Below are positions 27,355 through 36,916 of a stretch of 64,000 nt of DNA, in pieces. This DNA comes from a virus. Its lineage: Duplodnaviria; Caudoviricetes. Location of the stretch: positions 1 through 64,000 of IMG/VR virus record IMGVR_UViG_2654588123_000001; one strand, given 5' to 3'. The translations under genes and the position numbers were made by a program. The notes under the pieces are model-generated. The model was not told the DNA's origin and made no database searches. It worked only from the letters and a program-made list of their open reading frames with translations. The number at the start of each line of letters is the position of its first letter. Positions within the stretch are counted from its first letter, which is position 1.

Positions 27355-28526
27355 CAGGCCTGGACCTTCAATACCTGTACAGCTTCCGGAAGGATCAACA
27401 GGCCGTCCACACGTTCCTTCATCACATAGCCGACCATGCCGTTACCGGCGAACAGTTCCTTCAACACCTGCAGGCTGCGCTGGCCACGGTCACCGATGTT
27501 GTAGTAGCTGAAATCACCGAATGCCAGCGCCACATTACCCGCCGCCAGCTTCGGTGCGTACTGGGAGGTACGGATGGCATACCCAAGGATACGGTCCGGC
27601 TCCCCGCCCTGAAGGGAAGGCTGCCACAGGTAGTTCCCATTCTCGTCCTTCAGCTTGCGAAGCACTGCCAGGGTGCTGTCGTTGGTGATGAAGGATGCTT
27701 TTTTGCGGTACGGGCGTTTCAGCTTGTAAATCAGGTCGATGACATCATCGGCTTCGATTTCCACCGTGTCGATGGTCACGCCGACCTGGGCATCCGCAAA
27801 GAGACCGGTCGGTTTGCCATCGCCATCCCCGTTCAGGAAGGCATCTTCCTCCGCGTTGGCAATTGCCTTGCCAAACTGCGCGATGATATAGTCTTCCAAC
27901 TGGAAAGCATTGTCCGCCAACAGTTCCTCTGTAATCTTGATGGCCACATGCAACTTGTGGGCGTCAAGCAGTTTCTGGTCGAAGGTCGCATCGCCGAAGG
28001 TCAGCGCGCCACCCTCTTCGACCCATAATGCTGCTGGCTTGGTTGCCGCGATGTTAATCTTGCGCTCCCCGCTGGTACGGATGGTTGTCGCCAGCCCGCG
28101 CAGGACATTTTCCTCATCCAGCACATCCACCAAGCGCTTGTCATATTCGTCAGGCACCAGGTAGCCGCCCGCTTCATCGATGCCCTCCTGCAGTACGTTT
28201 GATACTTCGCGGAACTTGGTACGGATTGCCGTAAACATCGCCTTGCGATATTCATCGGAAGCCGTGCCGGTCTTTGCAGGCTGTCCCGGATTTCCTACCA
28301 AGGGTTTGCCGGAAGGCATGGCCAGCTTCTTTTCCATCTCGCCCTGCTTTTCCAGACGGTCGATGGTCTTGCCCATCTCGGCGATGTCGGCCTCCATCTT
28401 TTCATAGGTCTCCGCGTCAGCGGCAGTCATTTTGCCGTCCTTATCGGTGTGGTCTTCCAAAAACTTCTTCGTAGCTTCCCACAGTTTCGCACGTTTTTCC
28501 ATCAGTTCAGTAACATTCATAGCCAT
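27354..28526 (-). CDS. Major capsid protein, HK97 family
   Basis: N-terminal delta-domain coiled coil; GGYLVPDEY; WQPSLQGGEPDRILGY; FGDFSYY. Confidence 0.96.
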   Translation of the reverse strand: MAMNVTELMEKRAKLWEATKKFLEDHTDKDGKMTAADAETYEKMEADIAEMGKTIDRLEKQGEMEKKLAMPSGKPLVGNPGQPAKTGTASDEYRKAMFTAIRTKFREVSNVLQEGIDEAGGYLVPDEYDKRLVDVLDEENVLRGLATTIRTSGERKINIAATKPAALWVEEGGALTFGDATFDQKLLDAHKLHVAIKITEELLADNAFQLEDYIIAQFGKAIANAEEDAFLNGDGDGKPTGLFADAQVGVTIDTVEIEADDVIDLIYKLKRPYRKKASFITNDSTLAVLRKLKDENGNYLWQPSLQGGEPDRILGYAIRTSQYAPKLAAGNVALAFGDFSYYNIGDRGQRSLQVLKELFAGNGMVGYVMKERVDGLLILPEAVQVLKVQA

Positions 28527-28539
28527 TGTTTCTTCCTCC

Positions 28540-29241
28540 TTAATGACTCAATAAAAAAAGCCGCTTCTTCAGCGGTTCCACGGAAACCCGCGTATCGGGT
28601 TCCGATTCAGGTTTGTTAAACTTGCACAGAAATGAATTCATCACCATGATCTTGGAAAACAGCACCGCAGCCGGCGCCTCCTGTTTCCCTTCCCCGTCCG
28701 TGTACAGGATGTCGTCCGCAAATCCTAATTCCACCGCCTTTTTGGCATTGAACCAGGTTTCTGCATCCATCATGTGGGCAATCTTCGTCCGGGGCTGGCC
28801 CGTCTTCAGCTCGTAGGCATTGATGATGCTTTCCTTGATCTCATCCAGCATATCTATGGCCTGCTGCATGACCTTCTTGTCGCCCATGGCAACGGTAATG
28901 GGGTTGTGGATCATCATCATGGCCACCGGGGACATGGAAACCTTGTTCCCTGCCATGGCGATGACCGATGCGGCAGAAGCCGCGATGCCGTCGATACGGA
29001 CATCCACATTGCCGGGATACTCCATCAGCATATTATAAATTTGCGCTGCGGCGAACACATCCCCGCCCGGCGAATTGATCCATACCGTGATGTCCCCTTC
29101 GCAGCTTTGCAACTCCTCACGAAAAAGACCCGGTGTGACTTCATCGCCAAACCAGGTCTCATCGGAAATCTGCCCGTTCAGTACAAGGGTGCGGCTGCCG
29201 GTATCCTCGTTCCTCACCCAGTTCCAGAATTTCTTTTTCAA
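28540..29241 (-). CDS. Head maturation protease, ClpP family
   Basis: INSPGGDVF, DGIAASAASVIAMAG, MMIHNP, ETWFNAKKAVELGFAD. Confidence 0.95.
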   Translation of the reverse strand: MKKKFWNWVRNEDTGSRTLVLNGQISDETWFGDEVTPGLFREELQSCEGDITVWINSPGGDVFAAAQIYNMLMEYPGNVDVRIDGIAASAASVIAMAGNKVSMSPVAMMMIHNPITVAMGDKKVMQQAIDMLDEIKESIINAYELKTGQPRTKIAHMMDAETWFNAKKAVELGFADDILYTDGEGKQEAPAAVLFSKIMVMNSFLCKFNKPESEPDTRVSVEPLKKRLFLLSH

Positions 29242-30506
29242 TCGTTGTTACCTCCGTTCTGTATCGCTTGCTGTTTATTGGCAAACAGCCCCGCGTCTTT
29301 CAGCTTGGTCATGTTGCCATTGATTAGGTACAGGTTTCCGCCTTCCTCCTCGGATATCGGGTTCAAATTTTCCATTTCCCGGATGTCGTTGGCGGAAAGC
29401 CAGCCGTTCTGCCGGCCTATCGCATAACCGTTCATCCGGCTCTGGTAATCACCGCGCAAGAGGCCGTCCACATTAAACTTGATAAAGTAATGCTGCTTTT
29501 CACCGGGGAGCAGTAACGCTTTGTGCATCGCCTGTTCCCAGCGGATGACCCAGGGGTTCAGCGTGTACTTCACAAATTCCAGGGACTGCTGCTCGATGTT
29601 GGAGAAGCTGGATTTGTCCAAATCGCCCACCATGTGAGGAGGCACCCGGAAGATTCGGGCAATCTCATCGATCTGGAATTTCCGTGTCTCCAGGAACTGC
29701 GCGTCGTTGGGCGGAACCGACATGGGTTTGTAGGTCATGCCCTCTTCCAGCACCGCCACGTTGTGGCTGTTCTTTCCGCTAAATTGTGCGTGCCAGCTTT
29801 GCCGTAACTTTTCCGGGTCTTTCACCACACCGGGATGTTCCAACAACCCGCTGGGCGTCGCCCCGTTGGCGAAGAACGTGGACCCGAACTCCTCCGCCGC
29901 CATGGAAACGCCGATGGCGTTCTTTGCCATAGCGATAGGGGAATAGCCTATAAGGCCGTCATATCCCAGGCCGGGAATATGCAGCACCTGGTCTGGCCGG
30001 AGCTTCACTTCCTCATACCGCTGCTTGCCACCGAACTCGTCCAGGTAGCGGGTGTAGGTGTAGACAAGCTGTTCTCCCTCGTCCCGCTGGACGTCCATCC
30101 GGTCGGGCATCAGCGGATACAGCCATTTCACCCTGCCATATCCGTCCCGGATGATCTGGGCATAGGCATTGCCGTATAAAAGCAAATGCCCCATGAGGGT
30201 CTCCCGGAAGATGAAGCTGGTCATCTCTGGGTTCGGCTCGTCATGGAGCAGCGGGTATAATGGATGGTCGGCGACCATCTCTTTTCCTTTGTCTTTGTAG
30301 CGGTACACATGCAGTGGCAGCCCCGCGATGGATTCCGCCAGGATGCGGACACAGGCATACACCGCCGTGACTTGCATGGCGGTTCGCTGGTTCACCGTCT
30401 GCCCTGCCGCGCTCCGTCCAAAGTAGTACTGCAGGGTGCCGGATAATTCGTTTTTAGGTTTATCACGGGAATGGATAAACTTTTCAAAAAAGCGGAGTAT
30501 TTTCAT
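29238..30506 (-). CDS. Portal protein, HK97 family
   Basis: VYACVRILAESIAGLPL, LLLYGNAYA, IARIFRVPPHMVG, WLSANDIREMENL. Confidence 0.96.
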   Translation of the reverse strand: MKILRFFEKFIHSRDKPKNELSGTLQYYFGRSAAGQTVNQRTAMQVTAVYACVRILAESIAGLPLHVYRYKDKGKEMVADHPLYPLLHDEPNPEMTSFIFRETLMGHLLLYGNAYAQIIRDGYGRVKWLYPLMPDRMDVQRDEGEQLVYTYTRYLDEFGGKQRYEEVKLRPDQVLHIPGLGYDGLIGYSPIAMAKNAIGVSMAAEEFGSTFFANGATPSGLLEHPGVVKDPEKLRQSWHAQFSGKNSHNVAVLEEGMTYKPMSVPPNDAQFLETRKFQIDEIARIFRVPPHMVGDLDKSSFSNIEQQSLEFVKYTLNPWVIRWEQAMHKALLLPGEKQHYFIKFNVDGLLRGDYQSRMNGYAIGRQNGWLSANDIREMENLNPISEEEGGNLYLINGNMTKLKDAGLFANKQQAIQNGGNND

Positions 30507-30522
30507 GATTCCTCCTTAACCC

Positions 30523-30990
30523 TTACAAAGCAACCTTAAGATATTTACTTAAGGCGTTCAGATAAAAATCATATGCTGTCCTACTGTGAACCCCAATAGT
30601 CTGTTCAAACCATCCGCTACTTCCAAAATTAGCCGATGACAGCCAAACGGTCTGAGGTTCAATCAATACAATTTTTGCGTGTACATCCGGTTTTAAGTAA
30701 ATTTTCAATGACGGATATATCGCTTTAAGTTGCATCGCTTTCTTTCTAAATTTTTCATGAGCGATAATGGTTACATTTTCGGAACGCTTGTCCAGTATCT
30801 TTTGGATATAATCAATGTCAGGCAAAGTGTATGTGCAAATGATTACTTTGCCGGATATGTTACCAATTTGGCTGAGTCTTGTATTCCAAGTCGATGCAGA
30901 TTCGGAAACATACAACTTTGCATCATTCAGCCTGACAGCTAGTCCACCGCCATCTGTTTTAAAGGGCATTTTCATCCTCCTCTTATCCAA
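30523..30990 (-). CDS. Standalone PLD-fold (HxK) protein, AT-rich moron
   Basis: VHAKIVLIEPQTVWLSSANFG matches the HxK(x4)D/E(x6)xSxN PLD-nuclease motif; visibly lower GC than its neighbours. Confidence 0.7.
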   Translation of the reverse strand: MDKRRMKMPFKTDGGGLAVRLNDAKLYVSESASTWNTRLSQIGNISGKVIICTYTLPDIDYIQKILDKRSENVTIIAHEKFRKKAMQLKAIYPSLKIYLKPDVHAKIVLIEPQTVWLSSANFGSSGWFEQTIGVHSRTAYDFYLNALSKYLKVAL

Positions 30991-31003
30991 TAAACTGTAT
31001 TGT

Positions 31004-32608
31004 TTACAACATCAGTATCCCCCTGCCATCATACACACTCTCGCCGCTTTCATTTCCGCAACGGATCGCCCGGTCCAAAGCCATGACCGTGGCCACCACC
31101 CCGTCAATCTTTTCCGTAGATTTTTCCTTGTCCGGCTTGATGTTCCCGGCCGGGTCCGTCTTGATGAAGATGTTGTCCATCATCCACCGCAGAACTGGTT
31201 GCCCGCCATGGGCGATTCTCTGCTCCAGCGTCAGCTTCATCAGTTCCTTGGTCGGCGGGCTCATATCCTTAAAACCCTGCCCGAAAGGAACCACGGTGAA
31301 GCCCATTCCCTCCAGGTTCTGCACCATCTGCACAGCGCCCCAGCGGTCAAATGCGATTTCCCGTATGTGATACCTCTCACCCAGGCTTTCTATGAATTTT
31401 TCTATATAGCCGTAATGCACCACATTACCTTCCGTGGTCTTCAGGAATCCCTGCCGTTCCCACACATCGTAGGGAACATGGTCACGGCGCACCCGAAGTT
31501 CCAGGTTCTCTTCCGGTATCCAGAAGAAGGAAAGAACCTGGAATTTGTCATCTTCGTCCAATGGCGGAAATACCAGCACGAAGGCCGTGATGTCCGTGGT
31601 ACTGGACAGGTCCAAGCCGCCGTAACAGATGCGCCCCTCCAGCTCATCCGCATCCACCGGGAACGAGCAGGCATCCCACTTGTCCATAGGCATCCAGCGG
31701 ATGCTCTGCTTCACCCATTGGTTCAGCCGGAGCTGGCGGAATGCGTTCTCCTCTCCGGGGTTCTGCCTTGCGGAGTTGAACGCATCCTTCACCTTGTCGA
31801 TGGACACCGTGATGCCCAGAGACGGGTTCGCTTTCTTCCACACCTTCGGGTCTGACCAGTCCTCGCTTTCATCCGCACCATAGATGACAGGATAGAAGGT
31901 CTGGTCTATCTTCCGGCCTTCCAATATGTCCTTCGCTTTTTGGTGCGTCTCGTAACAGATGCTGTGTGTGTCAGTGCCGGCCGTGGTAATCAAAAAGTAC
32001 AAAGGCTGCATCCGGGCATCGCCGGAGCCCTTCGTCATAACGTCAAACAGTTTCCGGTTCGGCTGGGTATGCAGCTCATCGAAGATGACCCCGCTCACGT
32101 TGAACCCATGCTTGGAATAAGCATCTGCCGACAGGACCTGATAAAAACTGTTAGTAGGAAGATAAATCAGCCGCTTCTGCGATGCCAGTATCTTCACCCG
32201 TTTGTTCAATGACGGACACATCCGTACCATATCGGCGGCGACCTCAAACACGATGGAGGCCTGCTGGCGGTCAGCCGCGCAGCCGTAGACCTCTGCCCGT
32301 TCTTCCCCATCACCGCAGCATAACAGCAGTGCGACCGCTGCAGCCAGTTCGCTCTTGCCCTGTTTCTTGGGTATCTCAATATAGGCAGTCGTGAACTGGC
32401 GGTAGCCGTCCTGTTTCAGAATACCAAAGATGTCGCGGATGATGCGTTCCTGCCAGTCGATGAGTTCAAACGGCTTGCCGGCCCATGTGCCCTTGGTGTG
32501 TTTCAGGCACTGTATGAACTGCACCGCATAATCCGCGTGGGCCTTGCTGTACTTCGACCCCTTCGCCATGAACTTTGTCGGTTTGTATCCCCTCAGCTTC
32601 CGCATCAT
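31004..32608 (-). CDS. terL: Terminase large subunit
   Basis: EIPKKQGKSEL Walker A, VIFDELH Walker B, YGGLDLSSTTD nuclease motif, KIDGVVA. Confidence 0.96.
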   Translation of the reverse strand: MMRKLRGYKPTKFMAKGSKYSKAHADYAVQFIQCLKHTKGTWAGKPFELIDWQERIIRDIFGILKQDGYRQFTTAYIEIPKKQGKSELAAAVALLLCCGDGEERAEVYGCAADRQQASIVFEVAADMVRMCPSLNKRVKILASQKRLIYLPTNSFYQVLSADAYSKHGFNVSGVIFDELHTQPNRKLFDVMTKGSGDARMQPLYFLITTAGTDTHSICYETHQKAKDILEGRKIDQTFYPVIYGADESEDWSDPKVWKKANPSLGITVSIDKVKDAFNSARQNPGEENAFRQLRLNQWVKQSIRWMPMDKWDACSFPVDADELEGRICYGGLDLSSTTDITAFVLVFPPLDEDDKFQVLSFFWIPEENLELRVRRDHVPYDVWERQGFLKTTEGNVVHYGYIEKFIESLGERYHIREIAFDRWGAVQMVQNLEGMGFTVVPFGQGFKDMSPPTKELMKLTLEQRIAHGGQPVLRWMMDNIFIKTDPAGNIKPDKEKSTEKIDGVVATVMALDRAIRCGNESGESVYDGRGILML

Positions 32609-32662
32609 CCCCAACTCCCAACTAAAAAAGGACCTCCTTCCGGAAGTCCTCATTTTTATTTT

Positions 32663-33058
32663 TTACAGCAAATCTATCAGAATTTCCAATTCGTGTTCTA
32701 ACCGTTCCAGCTCCTGTTGAATGCATTTCATCCGGAATCCGTTCCGGCACTGACGTCCTTCCCGCTGCAGGCTGGTGATTTCCGCCTTCCGGCGGAGGAT
32801 GATGCTTTCCACATCGTCCTCGCCTTCCATCACGATGGCGTAGTCCTTTTCAAACCGGGTCTTCGCGGCTTCCCGCCTGGACTTCTCATCCCCGTGCAGG
32901 ATGAAGTTCACATATTCGCCCTTGTTCTCTTCGATGAAGATCACCATCTCGTAGAATCCCATCTTCAGCCCGATGCGCTGCACCATACAGGTGTCGAACA
33001 TATTTGTCTTGCCCGTATCCCGGACCTTCAGAATCTGCTCCCGTACCTTATCTGTCAT
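32663..33058 (-). CDS. DUF5049-like protein with C-terminal extension
   Basis: VREQILKVRDTGKTNMFD...VQRIG...EYVNFILHG. Confidence 0.65.
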   Translation of the reverse strand: MTDKVREQILKVRDTGKTNMFDTCMVQRIGLKMGFYEMVIFIEENKGEYVNFILHGDEKSRREAAKTRFEKDYAIVMEGEDDVESIILRRKAEITSLQREGRQCRNGFRMKCIQQELERLEHELEILIDLL

Positions 33059-33437
33059 CGCTGCACACCTCCCAGCCCATCAGAAGTTTCATGTACACGT
33101 TAGTGTACCGCTGTTTCTCGCTGCCGTCGCTCCCTATCATCGCGTCGAAGAAAAAATCCATCGCGGCTTTCCGGCTGTCCCAGATCTTCTCCTCACCGTA
33201 GCAGATGGTCTTGACCGTCTTCAGCTTCTGCACCACATCCTCACCGTACACTACGTTGAGGCCGGAACCGTTGTCCCACCGCATCAGCAGGCTGCCCGTA
33301 TCGTCAACCCCGATGACCGTGCCTTTGGTGCCCGGAGGCGGGGCCTGCCGGTCATCCATGCTGACCAGCTCGACCCGCGTCCCTTTCGGAAATTCGTTTC
33401 TGATCTGCTTTACTGTCTCTCTGCTCGGGAACATCAT
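33048..33437 (-). CDS. DUF4314 domain protein
   Basis: FPKGTRVELVSMDDRQAPPPGTKGTVIGVDDTGSLLMRWDNGSGLNVVYGED. Confidence 0.82.
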   Translation of the reverse strand: MMFPSRETVKQIRNEFPKGTRVELVSMDDRQAPPPGTKGTVIGVDDTGSLLMRWDNGSGLNVVYGEDVVQKLKTVKTICYGEEKIWDSRKAAMDFFFDAMIGSDGSEKQRYTNVYMKLLMGWEVCSDDR

Positions 33438-33438
33438 C

Positions 33439-34143
33439 TTAAGCCTCCTGTTCTGCCGTTTCGGCCTTTTCTTCTTCCGGCGTGCGGAATGCGGAGGAAC
33501 CTTCCAGCCTCTCTAAAAGCCGTTTGCGGGTCTCCTTGTATTCCGCTCCGATGAATCCCAAACGAAGAAGGAAGCACCGGAATGCGTATTTCTCATTCGG
33601 TACTTCCTTCTCTTTTGCCGTTATCCGTTTTGCGTTTTTTGCCATCCGGCAGAGCGCCGTGATGAAGTGCATGACCGCCAAGCTCTCCCCGCTCCCAAGC
33701 ATTCGCTTGAACCAGGGGAACACCACCCTGTCTTCCGTGAGAACCACGATGGGGTCTTCGCAATCCAGCGCCTTCCTGATCAGGCCTGCCTTGCTGGCGA
33801 TAATCTTTTCGAGGTTGTCGACCTGCGTTTCCGTGAAGTCTTCCCTCGGCATCGTCAGCGTCCAGGAATCCGTGGTCATCTCTTCCTCTGCTTCGCTTTC
33901 TTTTTCTTCCGCCGGCTCCGGCATCTCGATTTCGAATCCCTGTTCCCAGAGGGCTGCCGCCAGGGTCTTCATCCCGGCTTCGTCTTCCGTTGTGATGCTG
34001 CCGTCGCGTTCCACCGCGTAATTCCCCACCGTGTAGGTGAAGGCCGGTGCGCCGTTGTACTTCGCAGCCTGCCCGGTAACCCCGGCGATGGCCTTTACCA
34101 AGTTCTTTCTGTCCTTGCCCTGTGCGTTTGTCTTTGCGTTCAT
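33439..34143 (-). CDS. Conserved prophage protein ('virulence-related protein' type)
   Basis: RKNLVKAI...YNGAPAFTYTVG; NEKYAFRCFLLRLGFIGAEYKETRKRLL. Confidence 0.65.
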   Translation of the reverse strand: MNAKTNAQGKDRKNLVKAIAGVTGQAAKYNGAPAFTYTVGNYAVERDGSITTEDEAGMKTLAAALWEQGFEIEMPEPAEEKESEAEEEMTTDSWTLTMPREDFTETQVDNLEKIIASKAGLIRKALDCEDPIVVLTEDRVVFPWFKRMLGSGESLAVMHFITALCRMAKNAKRITAKEKEVPNEKYAFRCFLLRLGFIGAEYKETRKRLLERLEGSSAFRTPEEEKAETAEQEA

Positions 34144-34168
34144 CTCTGTGAACCTCCTTCTTTTTAGG

Positions 34169-34206
34169 TTACTGTATATATCACTCTAAACGCACATAAA
34201 GTCAAG
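34169..34206 (-). promoter_or_regulatory. Sigma-70-type promoter, copy 1 of a duplicated pair
   Basis: CTTGACTTTATGTGCGTTTAGAGTGATATATACAGTAA; near-identical to 34764-34801. Confidence 0.65.
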
Positions 34207-34439
34207 TTATATTTTGTGATTATTAGATATATTTTTAATGTTATTTGAGATAAATAATAGGAGTGATTTGTATCTCAGAATTTTGTAAAAGTCAACTCAT
34301 TTTTTAAGGATCTACGCTGATTTTTGACGGGAATCCGTATCTCTGATTCCAGAAATAGTCAAGTTGTATTTTTAGATTTCTTAAAAAATAATTGCACTAA
34401 AAAAGGAGCCTTTCGGCTCCTCTGTGTTTTCTGTTCTGC

Positions 34440-34733
34440 TTATGCGTTCATCGCCCATGCAATCGCATGTCCGCCATCCTCGAAAACCTCCTGGCTCATG
34501 GCGACCAGGTTCAGACGGCATTCGATTTCGTCCAGCCCGGTCTCTTCCGGAGTATCAACGAACTCGTAAACGCCTGCGATAAATCCTTTCCATCCCCGGT
34601 CGGTGACCAAAACCCTGTCACCCATCTTCAACACCGCACCAACCAGGGCGCTGACCTTCATGCCAAGGTCTTCCAGCGTGGTGGTTTTCGGCAGGCGGTA
34701 GTGGGCCGCCTTGTTTTCTTTGTATTCGTTCAT
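34440..34733 (-). CDS. Hypothetical protein with its own promoter
   Basis: 97-aa ORF with RBS GGAGGT and an upstream duplicated promoter. Confidence 0.6.
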   Translation of the reverse strand: MNEYKENKAAHYRLPKTTTLEDLGMKVSALVGAVLKMGDRVLVTDRGWKGFIAGVYEFVDTPEETGLDEIECRLNLVAMSQEVFEDGGHAIAWAMNA

Positions 34734-34763
34734 GTTCCTTACCTCCCTGTGCGTTTTCTTTGG

Positions 34764-34801
34764 TTAGTGTATATATCACTCTGAAGGCACAGAAAGTCAA
34801 G
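34764..34801 (-). promoter_or_regulatory. Sigma-70-type promoter, copy 2
   Basis: CTTGACTTTCTGTGCCTTCAGAGTGATATATACACTAA. Confidence 0.65.
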
Positions 34802-35068
34802 TCATTTCTTCAAAATATTATTACTATCGTCAATCATCTTCAGTTTTTCATTCCGGCTCATAGTGTGCTTAATATGCCACTCCCGGCTCAAGGCTTCATG
34901 TTTAGTATCAAAGGCTTCCGCATAAACCAATCGGCAGGGCCCCCGGGAACGCGTGTACTTCGCCCCCTCCCCTGCGTTATGGGACGCCAGCCGTTTTTCC
35001 AGATCATCAGTGAAACCCGTATATAAAGATTTATCCGCACACTCTAACATATATACGTAAAAAGCCAT
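34802..35068 (-). CDS. Standalone GIY-YIG nuclease (UPF0213-like)
   Basis: FYVYMLECADKSLYTGFTDDLEKRLASHNAGEGAKYTRSR. Confidence 0.9.
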   Translation of the reverse strand: MAFYVYMLECADKSLYTGFTDDLEKRLASHNAGEGAKYTRSRGPCRLVYAEAFDTKHEALSREWHIKHTMSRNEKLKMIDDSNNILKK

Positions 35069-35123
35069 TGCACAGTTCCCCTGTTCTGTTTTGGTGATAT
35101 TATACCACCCGGCTGGAATAAGT

Positions 35124-35149
35124 AAAAGGGCAGCCTGAACTGCCCTTTT
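35124..35149. terminator. Bidirectional terminator-like hairpin after the C5 methyltransferase
   Basis: AAAAGGGCAG-CCTGAA-CTGCCCTTTT. Confidence 0.75.
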
Positions 35150-35170
35150 ACACAGTTTCCTTATTTCCCG

Positions 35171-36916
35171 TTAAGTCTCTCCGCAATAATACGCAATGCC
35201 CGCCAGCACGAAGAACACGCATGGCAGCGCCACTCCGTTACCCCACATCTTGTATTCCGCCGAATCGGTATGCGGGTTCTTCAACCATTTGATGACCTGG
35301 TTCCGGGTACGTGCCTTCTTGGCAGTTCCCATCACTCGCCTATGCGTCTCGAACACATCCATCCAGAAGCGGATTTCCTCATCGGTCGGCTCCGGTGTTT
35401 CCAAATTAGCACACCACCAGTCCGGAAATCCCTGGAGCCTGGCGCATTCCGTCGGCGTCAGTCTGCGGACTGCATACCTGAAGTTTATCAATGGGGGATC
35501 CTTGTAATCGGTAGCCACCAGCGACCCCACCTTCTCCTTTGCTGCATTTGTGAAGAACGATGCCTTCGTGGAACAGTAAGTCACCTTTTCCGAGGAGCCC
35601 TGGATAGCGACTACTGCTATACCGCCCTGGTTGCTCCCCGGCATGTTCCCGCCTCTGTCAACGGTCCGGCAGGTGTCGCTTTCATAGGCATGGTTCCGCA
35701 TGTTCTGCGTCCCGTCTGATGATTGGCGCACGTCAAAGGTCTTCACGGTCTCCACTACAGCAATTCCACCCTGGTTGCAGGTCGGATTGCCACCGTTGGC
35801 ATCCAGCGTCCGGGAAGTTTCCGCGTCATAAAACCCGGATTTTGGGTTGTCCGATTTCATGGAGTTACTGTCCTTGGAACAGATACCGAAAGTGTCATGC
35901 TCCACCACAAAAGGCTGGTTGTTCCCTCCAGTTCCGTAAGTGGACAGCACGGTAGGCGCTGTTTCCACAGGTCCGGTATATCGGGTATCCTGGCTGTGGT
36001 TCTCGTACACAGCGGCAGGAACCACCCCGGCACGGAGCGTAGGAGCCGTTTCAGCCTCATAGCCGATGTTCCCGGCTTTCGCAGAGTGTTCCGTACAGAA
36101 TCCCGCCGACATCACAACCGGCGGGTGATGTGCTTCAGCGCGGAGTGTGCAGGTGACGTCCTCCGTCACGCTCATGACCACACCGCCCTGGTCGTTCAGG
36201 CAGATAGTTCCGCCTGTCTCTCCAGCGCTGCCTTCAACACGGCAGGTAGTTCTTTGCCACGCGCGGAAGCCCTCTGCAGAATACCCAGACAAGCCTTCCG
36301 ACTCAAATAATATTTTTCCGGCACAGTGGCCAGTAAGATGTCCGACAAGATAGATGCGTTTTCTGCGCTGGGGCACGCCCCAAGCGTCTGCGTCGAGGAC
36401 GCGCCAGGCAACGGAGAACCCATCACCCAGGATGCACCCTGCCGGCTCCCATTTCGCAGATCCAGGTACTGAAACCGAACCGCCGCAGATGCCGCAGATT
36501 TCCTCGAGGACTTTCTGGAAGTCGTCCCCTCCGTGGCTGGAAAAGGCTCCGGGTACATTTTCCCAAACAATGAACCTTGGATATATTCCATTGGTCTTCT
36601 CCCTCATTTCCTTAATGATACGAATGGCCTGATGGAACAGGCCGGACTGACTGCCTTCCAGTCCTGCCCGTTTTCCGGCGATAGAAAGGTCGGTGCAAGG
36701 GCTGCCGAAGGTGATGATGTCCACCGGTTCCAGTTCACCGCCATCCAATGTATTTACATCGCCATAGTGCTTGACGAACGGCAGGCGTTTGGTTGTAACC
36801 CGTATCGGGAAAGGTTCAATTTCACTTTGCCACACGGGCTTGATTCCCGCCAGGATTCCACCCAGCGGAAAGCCTCCGCTCCCGTCAAACAGACTCCCCA
36901 GCGTCAGTGTTCCCAT
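35171..36916 (-). CDS. DNA (cytosine-5) methyltransferase
   Basis: SLFDGSGG (I), FGSPCTD (IV), WENVPG (VI), VPQRRKRIYLV (VIII), RRLTPTECARLQGFPD (IX), GNGV (X); long variable region. Confidence 0.95.
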   Translation of the reverse strand: MGTLTLGSLFDGSGGFPLGGILAGIKPVWQSEIEPFPIRVTTKRLPFVKHYGDVNTLDGGELEPVDIITFGSPCTDLSIAGKRAGLEGSQSGLFHQAIRIIKEMREKTNGIYPRFIVWENVPGAFSSHGGDDFQKVLEEICGICGGSVSVPGSAKWEPAGCILGDGFSVAWRVLDADAWGVPQRRKRIYLVGHLTGHCAGKILFESEGLSGYSAEGFRAWQRTTCRVEGSAGETGGTICLNDQGGVVMSVTEDVTCTLRAEAHHPPVVMSAGFCTEHSAKAGNIGYEAETAPTLRAGVVPAAVYENHSQDTRYTGPVETAPTVLSTYGTGGNNQPFVVEHDTFGICSKDSNSMKSDNPKSGFYDAETSRTLDANGGNPTCNQGGIAVVETVKTFDVRQSSDGTQNMRNHAYESDTCRTVDRGGNMPGSNQGGIAVVAIQGSSEKVTYCSTKASFFTNAAKEKVGSLVATDYKDPPLINFRYAVRRLTPTECARLQGFPDWWCANLETPEPTDEEIRFWMDVFETHRRVMGTAKKARTRNQVIKWLKNPHTDSAEYKMWGNGVALPCVFFVLAGIAYYCGET

